In this document: in pieces, positions 43,264 through 54,998 of the stretch | Layout of the letters: each line of letters starts with the position of its first letter | How positions within the stretch are numbered: the first letter of the stretch is position 1 | Assembly: GCA_965209035.1 (NCBI GenBank) | Contig: OZ242372.1 | Location: forward strand, 1,152,001 to 1,216,000 | Source of the DNA: Gammaproteobacteria bacterium | GTDB lineage: Bacteria; Pseudomonadota; Gammaproteobacteria; CBDBNL01; JAAOII01 | DNA length: 64,000 bases | Direction: 5' to 3' | Program-made: the position numbers and the translations under genes | Notes under the pieces: model-generated | What the model saw: the letters and a program-made list of their open reading frames with translations, nothing else | Told to the model about the DNA's origin: nothing | Database searches by the model: none

Positions 43264-45846
43264 GAGACCGCCGCGGGCTTTTTCGGTTGAACCGCCGCCG
43301 CCGCCGCCGAATTGCGAGATTAAATGTTTCAGCAGTTTCTCCGCCGGGTAGTCCCCGGTCTGTTGTTTGCCGGCGAGAATCATGACCGTGATGTTGTCGC
43401 TGCCCGGCGGTTCGTTTAGCAGAATTGCGATGCCGGTTGCAAACTTTTCGCGGCAGTCGTCCGCCAGACGCATAAACGCGGGCTGTGTCAGGTTTTGGCA
43501 GTTAAATACCGCCAAGCGCGTTCCGCCGGCCGACTCGGCGTTTGCATAGGTCCTGCGGAGATCCTTGAGTGCCAGTTCGGCGCGCAACCGATGCAATTCT
43601 TTTTCGGTTTGTATCAGTTTTTTGCGCAGCGAGGAAACATCGGCGAGGAGATGCGCGTCTTCCTTGGTGCCAAGCAGAGTGCCGAGTTTTTTGAGAGTTG
43701 CCCGCCGAGTTCGCTCCGAGTGCACGGCGGCCCTGCCGGTTTGCGCGACCAGGCGGCGAATGCCGGCGGCAACGCCGCTCTCGCTTTCTATGCGGAGGAC
43801 ACCGAGTTCGCCGCTGTTGGCGACATGTGTGCCGCCACAAAGTTCAACCGAGGCGGTCTCTTCCGTGTTTTCTATGGAAACCACCCGCACCCGTTCGCCG
43901 TATTTTTCTCCGAACAACGCAACCGCACCGAGTTTTTTTGCTTCGGTTAGCGGCATTTCTTGCGCGGTGATTGGCATTGTTCGGGCGATGCGTTCATTCA
44001 CCCAGTCCTCCAATTCCGCCAGGGTTGTTGCGTCCAACGCGGTCGTGTGGGCAAAGTCCAACCGAAGGCGGTTCTCCGTTACCAGAGAGCCGCGTTGAAG
44101 GGCATGGTCGCCCAAAATCTGCCGCAGGGCGGCGTGCAGCAGGTGGGTTGCCGTATGGTGGCGGCGAATCTCGGCGCGCTTGTTGGGGTCGGCTGTGGCG
44201 GTTAGGGTGTCGCCGACTTGCATTTGACCTTCTTCGATTTTGCCGAAATGCAGAAAGATGCCGTTTTGCTTTTGGGTGTCCGTCACCCGGAAAAGAGATG
44301 CGCGCGTGACGATTCTGCCCATATCGCCGACCTGCCCGCCACTCTCGGCATAAAAAGGAGTCGTGTCCGGGATGAGAGTGCCGGTTTCACCGGCAGCCAG
44401 GGTTTGGACGGGCTTGCCGTCCGCATTGAGCATTCCAAGCAGTCGCGCCGGCGCTTCGGTTTTATCGTAACCGACAAAGGAAGTGGGTTTTTTTATATCC
44501 GCGGGAATTTTTTGTCGCCGATCGCTGAACAGGCCGTAAGCACGCGAACGCTTGCGTTGTTCTTGCATGGCTTTTTCAAACCCCGCCCAATCGGTTTTCA
44601 GCGAATGCTCGCGCGCCACATCCGCCGTCAGATCCGGCGGAAACCCGTAGGTGTCGTATAGTTTGAAAACTGTCTCGCCGTTCAGCGTGTCCCTTGCTCC
44701 GCCGATCTTGGCGATGGCGGCGGTAAGAATTTCCATTCCCGCTTTCAGAGTGCGCGCAAATTGGGTTTCTTCTTCGGTTAGGACGGCGGAGATTTGTTTT
44801 TGTTGGCGATGTAATTCCGGATAGGCGTCGCCCATGATACCGATTAATGTTGGCAGAAGACGGGGAAAGCAAGGGTTTTGGATGCCAAGTTTGTCCGCAT
44901 GCCGAAGGCCGCGCCGAATGATGCGCCGCAGGACATAGCCGCGCCCTTCGTTGGAGGGCGAGGTGCCGTCGCCGATGAGAAACGCCGATGCACGCAGATG
45001 ATCGGCGATGACGCGCAGAGAGGCAATATTTTGCTCTGGCTTGCCCGCCCCGGCATCGGACGAGCCGGGGCAGAGGGCGCGCGCGCTTTCTATGAGAGGG
45101 ATAAACAGATCCGTCTCGTAATTGTTGTGGACGCCTTGGAGCACCGCGGCCATTCGCTCTAAACCCATGCCGGTATCCACCGAGGGCTTGGGCAGTTTTT
45201 GCATTTTGCCGTCGGCGAAGCGTTCGTACTGCATGAAAACGAGATTCCAGATTTCTATGAATCGCTCTCCTTCGTCTTCGGTTGGGCTGCCGGGCGGGCC
45301 GCCCGCCAATTCTGGGCCGTGGTCGTAAAAGATCTCGGAGCAGGGTCCGCAGGGGCCCGTGTCTCCCATGTTCCAGAAGTTCTCTTCAAGCCGAATGATG
45401 CGTTCCGGCGGGATGCCGATCTTGGTGCGCCAGATGTCGGCCGTTTCGTCATCCGACAGATGCACGGTGATCCATAATTTTTCTGCGGGCAAGCCGATCT
45501 CTCGGGTGAGAAGTTTCCATGCGTGCGCTATGGCGTCGTCCTTGAAATAGTCGCCGAAACTGAAATTGCCGAGCATTTCAAAAAAAGTGTGGTGGCGCGC
45601 CGTATAGCCGACATTCTCCAAATCGTTGTGTTTGCCGCCGGCGCGCACGCATTTTTGGGCGGTTACCGCACGCTGATAGGGGCGTTGTTCGCGCCCAAGA
45701 AACACATCCTTAAAGGGGGCCATGCCGGAATTAACGAAAAGAAGTGTCGGGTCATCCGCGGGGATCAGGGAGCCGCTTTCCACCCGGGTGTGTCCGGCGG
45801 CGACAAAATAGTCGATGAAAGCCCGACGAATTGCAGAAGAAAGCAT
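43165..45846 (-). CDS. alaS: Alanine--tRNA ligase
   Basis: Motifs LLFVNSGM, RHHTFFEMLGNFSFGDYFK, HHTATHLLH, ELCGGTH and GGGGGG. Confidence 0.98.
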   Translation of the reverse strand: MLSSAIRRAFIDYFVAAGHTRVESGSLIPADDPTLLFVNSGMAPFKDVFLGREQRPYQRAVTAQKCVRAGGKHNDLENVGYTARHHTFFEMLGNFSFGDYFKDDAIAHAWKLLTREIGLPAEKLWITVHLSDDETADIWRTKIGIPPERIIRLEENFWNMGDTGPCGPCSEIFYDHGPELAGGPPGSPTEDEGERFIEIWNLVFMQYERFADGKMQKLPKPSVDTGMGLERMAAVLQGVHNNYETDLFIPLIESARALCPGSSDAGAGKPEQNIASLRVIADHLRASAFLIGDGTSPSNEGRGYVLRRIIRRGLRHADKLGIQNPCFPRLLPTLIGIMGDAYPELHRQQKQISAVLTEEETQFARTLKAGMEILTAAIAKIGGARDTLNGETVFKLYDTYGFPPDLTADVAREHSLKTDWAGFEKAMQEQRKRSRAYGLFSDRRQKIPADIKKPTSFVGYDKTEAPARLLGMLNADGKPVQTLAAGETGTLIPDTTPFYAESGGQVGDMGRIVTRASLFRVTDTQKQNGIFLHFGKIEEGQMQVGDTLTATADPNKRAEIRRHHTATHLLHAALRQILGDHALQRGSLVTENRLRLDFAHTTALDATTLAELEDWVNERIARTMPITAQEMPLTEAKKLGAVALFGEKYGERVRVVSIENTEETASVELCGGTHVANSGELGVLRIESESGVAAGIRRLVAQTGRAAVHSERTRRATLKKLGTLLGTKEDAHLLADVSSLRKKLIQTEKELHRLRAELALKDLRRTYANAESAGGTRLAVFNCQNLTQPAFMRLADDCREKFATGIAILLNEPPGSDNITVMILAGKQQTGDYPAEKLLKHLISQFGGGGGGSTEKARGGLKRGANFNLPEEQTAAIKQAALEWITAQKPDSE

Positions 45847-45886
45847 AGGGTTATTTTATGGGAATGGGGACGGGCGACCGTCGGAT

Positions 45887-46255
45887 TGTATGATCCCACT
45901 CATTTTAGGACTTTTGTTGTTTTTGCAAAAACTGGATCGGCGAGAGTTGTTTGAGAGCATAATGGGGGCGTTCGCGATGATACCAAGCCAGCCATGCGAT
46001 GAACTTGGTGTATGATCCCACCCATTTTAGGACTTTTGTTGTTTTTGTAAAAACCGGATTGGCGAGAGTTGTTTGTGGGCATCGCGGGGATCTGCTAAAT
46101 GATATCAACGCATCCCTCTCATCTCAAATCCGCGGGGCACCCGCACCCGTATAGTGCACTGTGTCGCAAGCGAGGGTGCCGCGACAGATTTTGAACAACA
46201 TGCCGCCGCCCGCACCGCGGCGACCGGAGTAGTTGGCAGTCCGGCTTACTCGCCT
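45887..46255 (-). mobile_element. Two tandem IS481 right-end remnants plus a diverged left/leader remnant (internally deleted derivative)
   Basis: TGTATGATCCCA at 45887 and 46009. The segment 46105-46255 aligns with the IS leader region at 31590-31738. Confidence 0.8.
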
Positions 46256-46560
46256 TATATTTTTATTCTTGCGGCACTTGAACCCGGCACCCTCCTGTTT
46301 GCGGGTTCCTTAATAGACGGACTTATTTTTGCAAAAACCGGATCAGCGAGAGTTGTTGAGGGAAAAACGGGGATCAGCCAGCATAAAGGACCCGGGTGCT
46401 TGCCAATAGATTTCGAATAACAGAGATGAGAGGCAGAAGCTAAGAAGTGGGAATTTGGGCGGGCAGTCGTCTTATTTGTCGTGCTCTGCCCTGCCTTGTC
46501 CTGTCCCGCCCCGCCCCGATCTGCCGGTCCGTTCCGGGGCTTCCCTCTTGCCGGTCTCTC

Positions 46561-48393
46561 TTACCGGTCTTGTGCCGAAAGGCCGCCCGGCAGGCAATTC
46601 AGGGCCGGGTATTGGCTGCTCGTGCCGAGATCCCAGACGCGGATGAAGGAGGCACCTGGCCCGTCATCGGTGGCATCTTCCATTTCCTCGCCGGTGTCCG
46701 GATCACACCAGAAGCTGCCCCAGTCGGCATAGATTCCCGTGAACCCGGTCGGCGATTGCAAGGCTGTCGTGCTATGACCCTCGCCCAAATTACCGGCACT
46801 CATAGACTGCATGGTGGTTTGATTATCCCAATAGGTGGCAATGACACCGGTGTCACTATTGTTGCTGCCGATCAATCCGCCGACATCACTGAGACCTGAA
46901 ACAAGCCCGGGGGCGGCATAAGAATAATTAATTTGAGCTCCTGCCCCATCCCCAACCAGGCCGCCAATACGCGATCCGGTTCCCTTAACACTTCCGCCGG
47001 ACACAGCAGCATAGCGAATATCCGCAGTCCTACCGTCCCCAACCAGGCCGCCAACAGCATTACTCCCGGCAACATTCACACCGGACACGGGCGCATAGCG
47101 AATATCCGCATCCTGACCAAGCCCAACCAGGCCGCCAACATTGCTCCTCCCGGAAATATTCACACCGAACACGGACGCATAGCGAATATCCGCATTAAAC
47201 CCCTGCCCAACCAGGCCGCCAACATTATTAATCCCGGAAATATTCACACCGGACACGGACGCATAGCGAATATCCGCATCCTCGCCAAACCCAACCAGAC
47301 CGCCAGCAAAAGAATCCGCCCCGGAAACAACTCCGCCGGATACGACGGCATAGCGGATTGCAGTATTCTGACCATTCCCAACCAGGCCGCCAACAGAATT
47401 ACTCCCGGCAACACTCACACCGGACACGGACGCATTGCGAATATTCGCATTCCTACCATCCCCAACCAGGCCGCCAACAGCAGTGGCACCGCCACTGACA
47501 TTTGCATTCCGGAGATGCAGATTTTGGATATCGCCGGTTAAGGCACCAAACAACCCCACTCCATGGGCAGTATTGCTCGCAGAGATGAACAGATCTGCAA
47601 TACGATAACCCCCGCCGTCAAAGATTCCGGTATAAGACGTGCAAACAATCGCTGATGAACAAGAGCCGATCGGCTGCCAACCTCTGCCGGTCGTCCAGAC
47701 ATCCATCTTACTGCGGTTCGCATAGGATTCCGGGTCGCTAAAATTCAACGAGCGGCTCAATTCGTAGCCATTACAGCCGGAACTCGGGCAACCGACAGAG
47801 CCCATAGCGGTAATATTGGGAAACATCCCATCATCCGTTCCATTGCCATTGAGATTATCGCGCAGCCGTGCCAAGTCATCCAAAGTGCTGATTTCTATGA
47901 GGCTGTTATTATTGTCGTCCACATCTGTCTCATCCAAGATCTCGTCATTGTCATCGTCCGGGTCCTCCCTCAGGGTTGTTTGACATCCGGTAACCAAACT
48001 ATCCGGCAGCTCATCGCCATCCGTGTCCACACTCGCACAGGCATCTGTCCGGAACGCATCGTCCGTATCCGCCACGCCATCATTGTCATCGTCCAAATCC
48101 TCGCCCGCATCGCGACAGCCGTCACGGTCATTGTCCGTAGATGCATTGGAAGTCCAGCCAGTATCGCCGCCGCTCGGACAGGCATCCGCAGTATCCGCAA
48201 TTCCGTCTCCATCCAAGTCTGTGTTCGTTCCCCCGCCGGAACCGCCGCCACCGGAACCGCCACAGGCGGCGAGTAGGACAACCGATAGAGTGATTGTCAA
48301 TAATAGAATGATGCCGCTGCGTGCCGTTTGCCCGGCCGCGGCAATACATGCAATGCAGTTGCTACTGATCGTTTGTTCTTTAAATATTTTCAT
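46561..48393 (-). CDS. TSP3/GLUG-repeat lipoprotein, array member A (8 GGLxG repeats)
   Basis: Start MKIFKEQ by alignment with paralogs; lipobox LLAAC; DxDxDG repeats; ~28-aa ADIRYASVSG...GGLVG repeats. Confidence 0.92.
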   Translation of the reverse strand: MKIFKEQTISSNCIACIAAAGQTARSGIILLLTITLSVVLLAACGGSGGGGSGGGTNTDLDGDGIADTADACPSGGDTGWTSNASTDNDRDGCRDAGEDLDDDNDGVADTDDAFRTDACASVDTDGDELPDSLVTGCQTTLREDPDDDNDEILDETDVDDNNNSLIEISTLDDLARLRDNLNGNGTDDGMFPNITAMGSVGCPSSGCNGYELSRSLNFSDPESYANRSKMDVWTTGRGWQPIGSCSSAIVCTSYTGIFDGGGYRIADLFISASNTAHGVGLFGALTGDIQNLHLRNANVSGGATAVGGLVGDGRNANIRNASVSGVSVAGSNSVGGLVGNGQNTAIRYAVVSGGVVSGADSFAGGLVGFGEDADIRYASVSGVNISGINNVGGLVGQGFNADIRYASVFGVNISGRSNVGGLVGLGQDADIRYAPVSGVNVAGSNAVGGLVGDGRTADIRYAAVSGGSVKGTGSRIGGLVGDGAGAQINYSYAAPGLVSGLSDVGGLIGSNNSDTGVIATYWDNQTTMQSMSAGNLGEGHSTTALQSPTGFTGIYADWGSFWCDPDTGEEMEDATDDGPGASFIRVWDLGTSSQYPALNCLPGGLSAQDR

Positions 48394-48747
48394 AGTAATT
48401 TGTTTGTAATGAATTAATAATAACAGTTCCTTGCATAAGGAATAGTAATAATATACCATATTTCGCCGGATCTTCCTTTAAATTGTATGATCCCACCCAT
48501 TTCCGGACTTTTGTTGTTTTTGTAAAAACCGGATCGGTGAGAGTTGTTGAGGGAAAAACGCGTATCAGCCGGCATAAAAGACCCGGGTGCCTGCCAATAG
48601 ATTTCGAATAATAATAGATGAGAGGCAGAAGCTAAGAAGTTGGAAGTTGGGCGGGCAGTCGTCTTATTTGTCGTACTCTGCCCTGCCTCGTCCTGTCCCG
48701 CCCCGATCTGCCGGTCCGTTCCGGGGCTTCCCTCTTGCCGGCCTCTC

Positions 48748-50409
48748 TTACCGGTCTTGTGCCGAAAGGCCGCCCGGCAGGCAATTCAGGGCCGGGTATT
48801 GGCTGTCCGTGCCGAGATCCCAGACGCGGATGAAACCGGGCGGTTGGGAAGAACTTGTCATTTCCTCGCCGGTGTTCGGGTTGCACCAGAAGTTACCCCA
48901 GACCTCATAGATGCTCCCGGCAAACTCGGTCGGCGATTGTAAGGCTGTCGTGCTATGACCCTCGCCCAAATCACCGGCACTCATAGACTGCATGGTGGTT
49001 TGATTGTCCCAATAGGTGGCAATAACATCGGTGTCACTATCGGTGAAGCCGATCAATCCACCGACATCACTACCGCCGGAAACAAGCCCAGGGGCGGCAT
49101 AAGAATAATTAATTTGAGATCCTGTCCCCGTCCCAACTAGGCCGCCAACACGCGATCCGGTTCCCTTAACACTTCCACCGGACACGGACGCATAGCGAAT
49201 ATCCGCATTAATCCCTTGCCCAGCCAGGCCGCCAACATTACTACTCCCGGAAACATTCACACCGGACACGGACGCATAGCGAATATCCGCATTCCTACCA
49301 AACCCAACCAGGCCGCCAGCAAAAGAATCCGCCCCGGAAACAACTCCGCCGGATACGACGGCATAGCGAATATCCGCATCCTCGCCATTCCCAACCAGGC
49401 CGCCAACAGAAAAACCCCCGGCAACACTCACACCGGACACGGACGCATTGCGAATATCCGCATTCCTACCATACCCAACCAGGCCGCCAATAGCAGTGGC
49501 ACTGCCATTGACATTTGCATTCCGGAGATGCAGATTTTGGATATCGCCGGTTAAGGCACCAAATAACCCCACTCCATTGGCAGTATTGCTCGCAGAGATA
49601 AACAGATCTGCAATACGATAACCCCCGCCGTCAAAGATTCCGGTATAAGACGTGCAATCAATCGCTGATGAACAAGAGCCGATCGGCTGCCAACCTCTGC
49701 CGGTCGTCCAGACAGACCGGTTGCCACTGCCCGCGGCATAGGAATCCGCATCGCTAAAATTCAACGAGCGAGTTAATTCGTAGCCATTACAGCCGGAACT
49801 CGGGCAACCCACAGAACCCATAGCGGTAATCTCGGGAAACATCCCATCATCCGTTCCATTGCCATTGAGATTATCGCGCAGCCGTGCCAAGTCATCCAAA
49901 GTGCTGATTTCTATGAGGCTGTTATTATTGTCGTCCACATCTGTCTCATCCAAGATCTCGTCATTGTCATCGTCCGGGTCCTCCCTCAGGGTTGTTTGAC
50001 ATCCGGTAACCAAACTATCCGGCAGCTCATCGCCATCCGTGTCCACACTCGCACAGGCATCTGTCCGGAACGCATCGTCCGTATCCGCCACGCCATCATT
50101 GTCATCGTCCAAATCCTCGCCCGCATCGCGACAGCCGTCACGGTCATTGTCCGTAGATGCATTGGAAGTCCAGCCAGTATCGCCGCCGCTCGGACAAGCA
50201 TCCGCAGTATCCGCAATGCCGTCTCCATCCAAGTCTGTGTTCGTTCCCCCGCCGGAACCGCCGCCGGAACCACCGCCACAGGCGGCGAGTAGGACAACCG
50301 ACAGAGCGATTGTCAATAATAGAATGATGCCGCTGCGTGCCGTTTGCCCGGCCGCGGCAATACATGCAATGCAGTTGCTACTGATCGTTTGTATATCAAA
50401 TATGTTCAT
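48748..50409 (-). CDS. TSP3/GLUG-repeat lipoprotein, array member B (6 repeats)
   Basis: Near-identical N-terminal half to A, with fewer GLUG units. Confidence 0.92.
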   Translation of the reverse strand: MNIFDIQTISSNCIACIAAAGQTARSGIILLLTIALSVVLLAACGGGSGGGSGGGTNTDLDGDGIADTADACPSGGDTGWTSNASTDNDRDGCRDAGEDLDDDNDGVADTDDAFRTDACASVDTDGDELPDSLVTGCQTTLREDPDDDNDEILDETDVDDNNNSLIEISTLDDLARLRDNLNGNGTDDGMFPEITAMGSVGCPSSGCNGYELTRSLNFSDADSYAAGSGNRSVWTTGRGWQPIGSCSSAIDCTSYTGIFDGGGYRIADLFISASNTANGVGLFGALTGDIQNLHLRNANVNGSATAIGGLVGYGRNADIRNASVSGVSVAGGFSVGGLVGNGEDADIRYAVVSGGVVSGADSFAGGLVGFGRNADIRYASVSGVNVSGSSNVGGLAGQGINADIRYASVSGGSVKGTGSRVGGLVGTGTGSQINYSYAAPGLVSGGSDVGGLIGFTDSDTDVIATYWDNQTTMQSMSAGDLGEGHSTTALQSPTEFAGSIYEVWGNFWCNPNTGEEMTSSSQPPGFIRVWDLGTDSQYPALNCLPGGLSAQDR

Positions 50410-50766
50410 AATTTATTTTTGTAATTGTGAATTAATAATAAAGTTCCCTAAATAAGGAATAGTAATAATATACCATATTTCGCCGGATCTTCCTTTAAAT
50501 TGTATGATCCCACCCATTTCCGGACTTTTGTTGTTTTTGTAAAAACCGGATCGGTGAGAATTGTTGAGGGAAAAACGGGGATCAGCCAGCATAAAGGACC
50601 CGGGTGCTTGCCAATAGATTTCGAATAACAGAGATGAGAGGCAGAAGCTAAGAAGTGGGAATTTGGGCGGGCAGTCGTCTTATTTGTCGTGCTCTGCCCT
50701 GCCTCGTCCCGATCTGCCGGTCCGTTCCGGGGCTTCCCTCTTGCCGGCCTCTCTTACCGGCCCCTC

Positions 50767-52614
50767 TTACCGGTCTTGTGCCGAGAGGCCGCCCGGCAGG
50801 CAATTCAGAGCCGGGTATTGGCTGTCCGTGCCGAGATCCCAGACGCGGATGAAGGGGGCGGGCAACTCGGTGGTGCTTTCCGCACCGGTGTTCGGGTTGC
50901 ACCAAGCATTGCCCCAGTCGGCATAGATTCCCGTGAACTCGGTCGGCGATTGCAAGGCTGTCGTGCTATGACCATCGCCCAAATTACCGTCACTCATAGA
51001 CTGCATGGTGGTTTGATTGTCCCAATAGGTGGCAATGACATTGGTCTCAGCATTGGCGCTGCCGATCAATCCGCCAAGATCACCGGGACCTGAAACAAGC
51101 CCGGGGGCGGCATAAGAATAATTAATTTGAGCTTTTTCCCCATACCCAACCAGACCGCCAGCATCACCAAAACCCTCGCCGCCGCTCCCGGCAACACTTC
51201 CGCCGAGCACATAGGCATAGCGAATATCCGCATTCCTACCAAACCCAACCAGGCCGCCAACAGCAGTAAGCCCGGAAACATTTCCGCCGGACACGGACGC
51301 ATAGCGAATATCCGCATTCTCACCATGCCCAACCAGGCCGCCAACAAAATCCCCGGAAACATCCATACCGGACACGAACGCATAGCGAATATCCGCATTT
51401 AGACCATTCCCAGCCAGACCGCCAGCTCTATTCTCGACAGCATTCCCGGCAACACTTCCGCCGGACACGGACGCATAGCGAATATCCGCATTCCTACCAT
51501 ACCCAACCAGGCCGCCAACAGCAGCAAAATCCTCGCCGCCGCTCTCGGCAACACTTCCGCCGGACACGGACGCATAGCGAATATCCGCATTCTCACCATA
51601 CCCAACCAGGCCGCCAACATTATTACTCCCGGCAACACTTCCGCCGGACACGGACGCATTGCGAATAGACGCATTCGTACCATACCCAACCAGGCCGCCC
51701 ACATCAGCGGCACCGCCACTGACATCTGCATTCCGGAGATGCAGATTTTGGATATCGCCGGTTAAGGCACCAAACAACCCCACTCCATAGGTAGTATTGC
51801 TCGCAGAGATGAACAGATCGGCAATACGATAACCCCCGCCGTCAAAGATTCCGGTATAAGAGGTGCAATTATTCGCTGATGAACAAGAGCCGATCGGCTG
51901 CCAACCTCTGTCGGTCGTCCAGACAGACCGGTTGCCACTGCCCGCGGCATAGGAATCCGCATCGTTAAAATTCAACGAGCGAGTTAATTCGTAGCCATTA
52001 CAGCCGGAACTCGGGCAACCGACAGAACCCATAGCGGTAATATTGGGAAACATCCCATCATCCGTTCCATTGCCATTGAGATTATCGCGCAGCCGTGCCA
52101 AGTCATCCAAAGTGCTGATTTCTATGAGGCTGTTATTATTGTCGTCCACATCTGTCTCATCCAAGATCTCGTCATTGTCATCGTCCGGGTCCTCCCTCAG
52201 GGTTGTTTGACATCCGGTAACCAAACTATCCGGCAGCTCATCGCCATCCGTGTCCACACTCGCACAGGCATCTGTCCGGAACGCATCGTCCGTATCCGCC
52301 ACGCCATCATTGTCATCGTCCAAATCCTCGCCCGCATCGCGACAGCCGTCACGGTCATTGTCCGTAGATGCATTGGAAGTCCAGCCAGTATCGCCGCCGC
52401 GCGGACAGGCATCCGCAGTATCCGCAATGCCGTCTCCATCCGTGTCCGCTTCCGGAGGAGGGGTGCCACCGCCGCCACCACCACAGGCGGCGAGTAGGAC
52501 AACCGACAGAGCGATTGTCAATAATAGAATGATGCCGCTGCGTGCCGTTTGTCCGGCCGCGGCAATACATGCAATGCAGCTGCTACTGATCGTTTGTATA
52601 TTAAATATGTTCAT
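50767..52614 (-). CDS. TSP3/GLUG-repeat lipoprotein, array member C (8 repeats)
   Basis: Same architecture, with extended loops such as ESGGEDFAA and GSGGEGFGDA. Confidence 0.92.
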   Translation of the reverse strand: MNIFNIQTISSSCIACIAAAGQTARSGIILLLTIALSVVLLAACGGGGGGTPPPEADTDGDGIADTADACPRGGDTGWTSNASTDNDRDGCRDAGEDLDDDNDGVADTDDAFRTDACASVDTDGDELPDSLVTGCQTTLREDPDDDNDEILDETDVDDNNNSLIEISTLDDLARLRDNLNGNGTDDGMFPNITAMGSVGCPSSGCNGYELTRSLNFNDADSYAAGSGNRSVWTTDRGWQPIGSCSSANNCTSYTGIFDGGGYRIADLFISASNTTYGVGLFGALTGDIQNLHLRNADVSGGAADVGGLVGYGTNASIRNASVSGGSVAGSNNVGGLVGYGENADIRYASVSGGSVAESGGEDFAAVGGLVGYGRNADIRYASVSGGSVAGNAVENRAGGLAGNGLNADIRYAFVSGMDVSGDFVGGLVGHGENADIRYASVSGGNVSGLTAVGGLVGFGRNADIRYAYVLGGSVAGSGGEGFGDAGGLVGYGEKAQINYSYAAPGLVSGPGDLGGLIGSANAETNVIATYWDNQTTMQSMSDGNLGDGHSTTALQSPTEFTGIYADWGNAWCNPNTGAESTTELPAPFIRVWDLGTDSQYPALNCLPGGLSAQDR

Positions 52615-52982
52615 AATTTATTTTTGTAATTGTGAATTAATAATAAAGTTCCCTAAATAAGGAATAGTAATAATATACCATATTTCGCCGGATCTTCCTT
52701 TAAATTGTATGATCCCACCCATTTCCGGACTCTTTTTGTTTTTGCAAAAACCGGATCGGCGAGAGTTGTTGAGGGAAAAACGCGTATCAGCCGGCATAAA
52801 AGACCCGGGTGCCTGCCAATAGATTTTGAATAACAGATGAGAGGTAGAGGCTAAGAATAAGTTGGAAGTTGGGCGGGCAGTTGCCTTATTTGTCGTGCTC
52901 TGCCCTGCCTCGGCCTGTCCCGCCCCGATCTGCCGGTCCGTTTCGGGGCTTCCCTCTTGCCGACCTCTCTTACCGGCCCCTC

Positions 52983-54998
52983 TTACCGGCCTTGCGCCGA
53001 GAGGCCGCCCGGCAGGCAATTCAGAGCCGGGTATTGGCTGCTCGTGCCGAGATCCCAGACGCGGATGAAGGAGGCACCTGGCCCGTCATCGGTGGCATCT
53101 TCCATTTCCTCGCCGGTGTTCGGATCACACCAGAAGTTACCCCAGACCTCATAGATGCTCCCGGCAAACTCGGTCGGCGATTGCAAGGCTGTCGTGCTAT
53201 GACCCTCGCCCAAATTACCGGTACTCATAGACTGCATGGTGGTTTGATTGTCCCAATAGGTGGCAATAACATTGGTTTCACTATCGGTGATGCCGATCAA
53301 TCCACCGACAACATTGGGAGCTGAAACAGGCCCGGGGGCGGCATAAGAATAATTAATTTGAACTTCTTCCCCCAGCCCAACCAGGCCGCCAACACGCGAT
53401 CCGGTTGTTCCCTTAACACTTCCGCCGGACACATAAACATGACGAATATCCGCATCCTCACCATACCCAACCAGACCGCCAGCAAAAGAACTCGCCCCGG
53501 AAACATTCACACCGGACACGGACGCATAGCGAATATCCGCATCCTCACCATACCCAACCAGGCCGCCAACAGTATTACTCCCGGAAACATTTCCGCCGGA
53601 CACGGACGCATAGCGAATATCCGCGTCCTCACCATTCCCAACCAGGCCGCCGGCAATACTCCCGGCAACACTTCCGCCGGACACGGACGCATTGCGAATA
53701 TCCGCAGTCCTACCGTCCCCAACCAGGCCGCCAGCAGCAATACTCTCGGCAACACTTCCGCCGGACACGGACGCATAGCGAATAGACGCATTCTCACCAT
53801 ACCCAACCAGGCCACCGGCAAAATTACTCCTCCCGGAAACATTCACACCGGACACGGATGCATAGCGAATATCCGCATTAATCCCTTGCCCAACCAGGCC
53901 GCCAACAGAAAAATTCCCGGCAACACTCACACCGGACACGGACGCATAGCGAATATCCGCATTCTCACCGTCCCCAACCAGGCCGCCAACAGCAAAACTC
54001 CCGGCAACACTTCCGCCGGACACGGACGCATTGCGAATATCCGCAGTCCTACCATACCCAACCAGGCCGCCCACATCCACATTAGTGGCACCGCCATTGA
54101 CATTTGCATTCCGGAGATGCAGATTTTGGATATCACCGGTTAAGGCACCAAACAACCCCACTCCATAGGTAGTATTGCTCGCAGAGATGAACAGATCTGC
54201 AATACGATAACCCCCGCCGTCAAAGATTCCGGTATAAGAGGTGCAATTATTCGCTGATGAACAAGAGCCGATCGGCTGCCAACCTCTGCCGGTCGTCCAG
54301 ACATCCATCTTACTGCGGTTCGCATAGGAATCCGCATCGCTAAAATTCAACGAGCGAGTTAATTCGTAGCCATTACAGCCGGAACTCGGGCAACCCACAG
54401 AACCCATAGCGGTAATCTCGGGAAACATCCCATCATCCGTTCCATTGCCATTGAGATTATCGCGCAGCCGTGCCAAGTCATCCAAAGTGCTGATTTCTAT
54501 GAGGCTGTTATTATTGTCGTCCACATCTGTCTCATCCAAGATCTCGTCATTGTCATCGTCCGGGTCCTCCCTCAGGGTTGTTTGACATCCGGTAACCAAA
54601 CTATCCGGCAGCTCATCGCCATCCGTGTCCACACTCGCACAGGCATCTGTCCGGAACGCATCGTCCGTATCCGCCACGCCATCATTGTCATCGTCCAAAT
54701 CCTCGCCCGCATCGCGACAGCCGTCACGGTCATTGTCCGTAGATGCATTGGAAGTCCAGTCGGTATCGCCGCCGCTCGGACAGGCATCCGCAGTATCCGC
54801 AATGCCGTCTCCATCCAAGTCTGTGTTCGTTCCCCCGCCGGAACCGCCGCCACCGGAACCACCGCCACAGGCGGCGAGTAGGACAACCGATAGAGTGATT
54901 GTCAATAATAAAATGATGCCGCTGCGTGCCGTTTGCCCGGCCGCGGCAATACATGCAATGCAGTTGCTACTGATAGTTTGTATATTAAATATGTTCAT
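52983..54998 (-). CDS. TSP3/GLUG-repeat lipoprotein, array member D (10 repeats)
   Basis: Same architecture as A-C. Confidence 0.92.
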   Translation of the reverse strand: MNIFNIQTISSNCIACIAAAGQTARSGIILLLTITLSVVLLAACGGGSGGGGSGGGTNTDLDGDGIADTADACPSGGDTDWTSNASTDNDRDGCRDAGEDLDDDNDGVADTDDAFRTDACASVDTDGDELPDSLVTGCQTTLREDPDDDNDEILDETDVDDNNNSLIEISTLDDLARLRDNLNGNGTDDGMFPEITAMGSVGCPSSGCNGYELTRSLNFSDADSYANRSKMDVWTTGRGWQPIGSCSSANNCTSYTGIFDGGGYRIADLFISASNTTYGVGLFGALTGDIQNLHLRNANVNGGATNVDVGGLVGYGRTADIRNASVSGGSVAGSFAVGGLVGDGENADIRYASVSGVSVAGNFSVGGLVGQGINADIRYASVSGVNVSGRSNFAGGLVGYGENASIRYASVSGGSVAESIAAGGLVGDGRTADIRNASVSGGSVAGSIAGGLVGNGEDADIRYASVSGGNVSGSNTVGGLVGYGEDADIRYASVSGVNVSGASSFAGGLVGYGEDADIRHVYVSGGSVKGTTGSRVGGLVGLGEEVQINYSYAAPGPVSAPNVVGGLIGITDSETNVIATYWDNQTTMQSMSTGNLGEGHSTTALQSPTEFAGSIYEVWGNFWCDPNTGEEMEDATDDGPGASFIRVWDLGTSSQYPALNCLPGGLSAQGR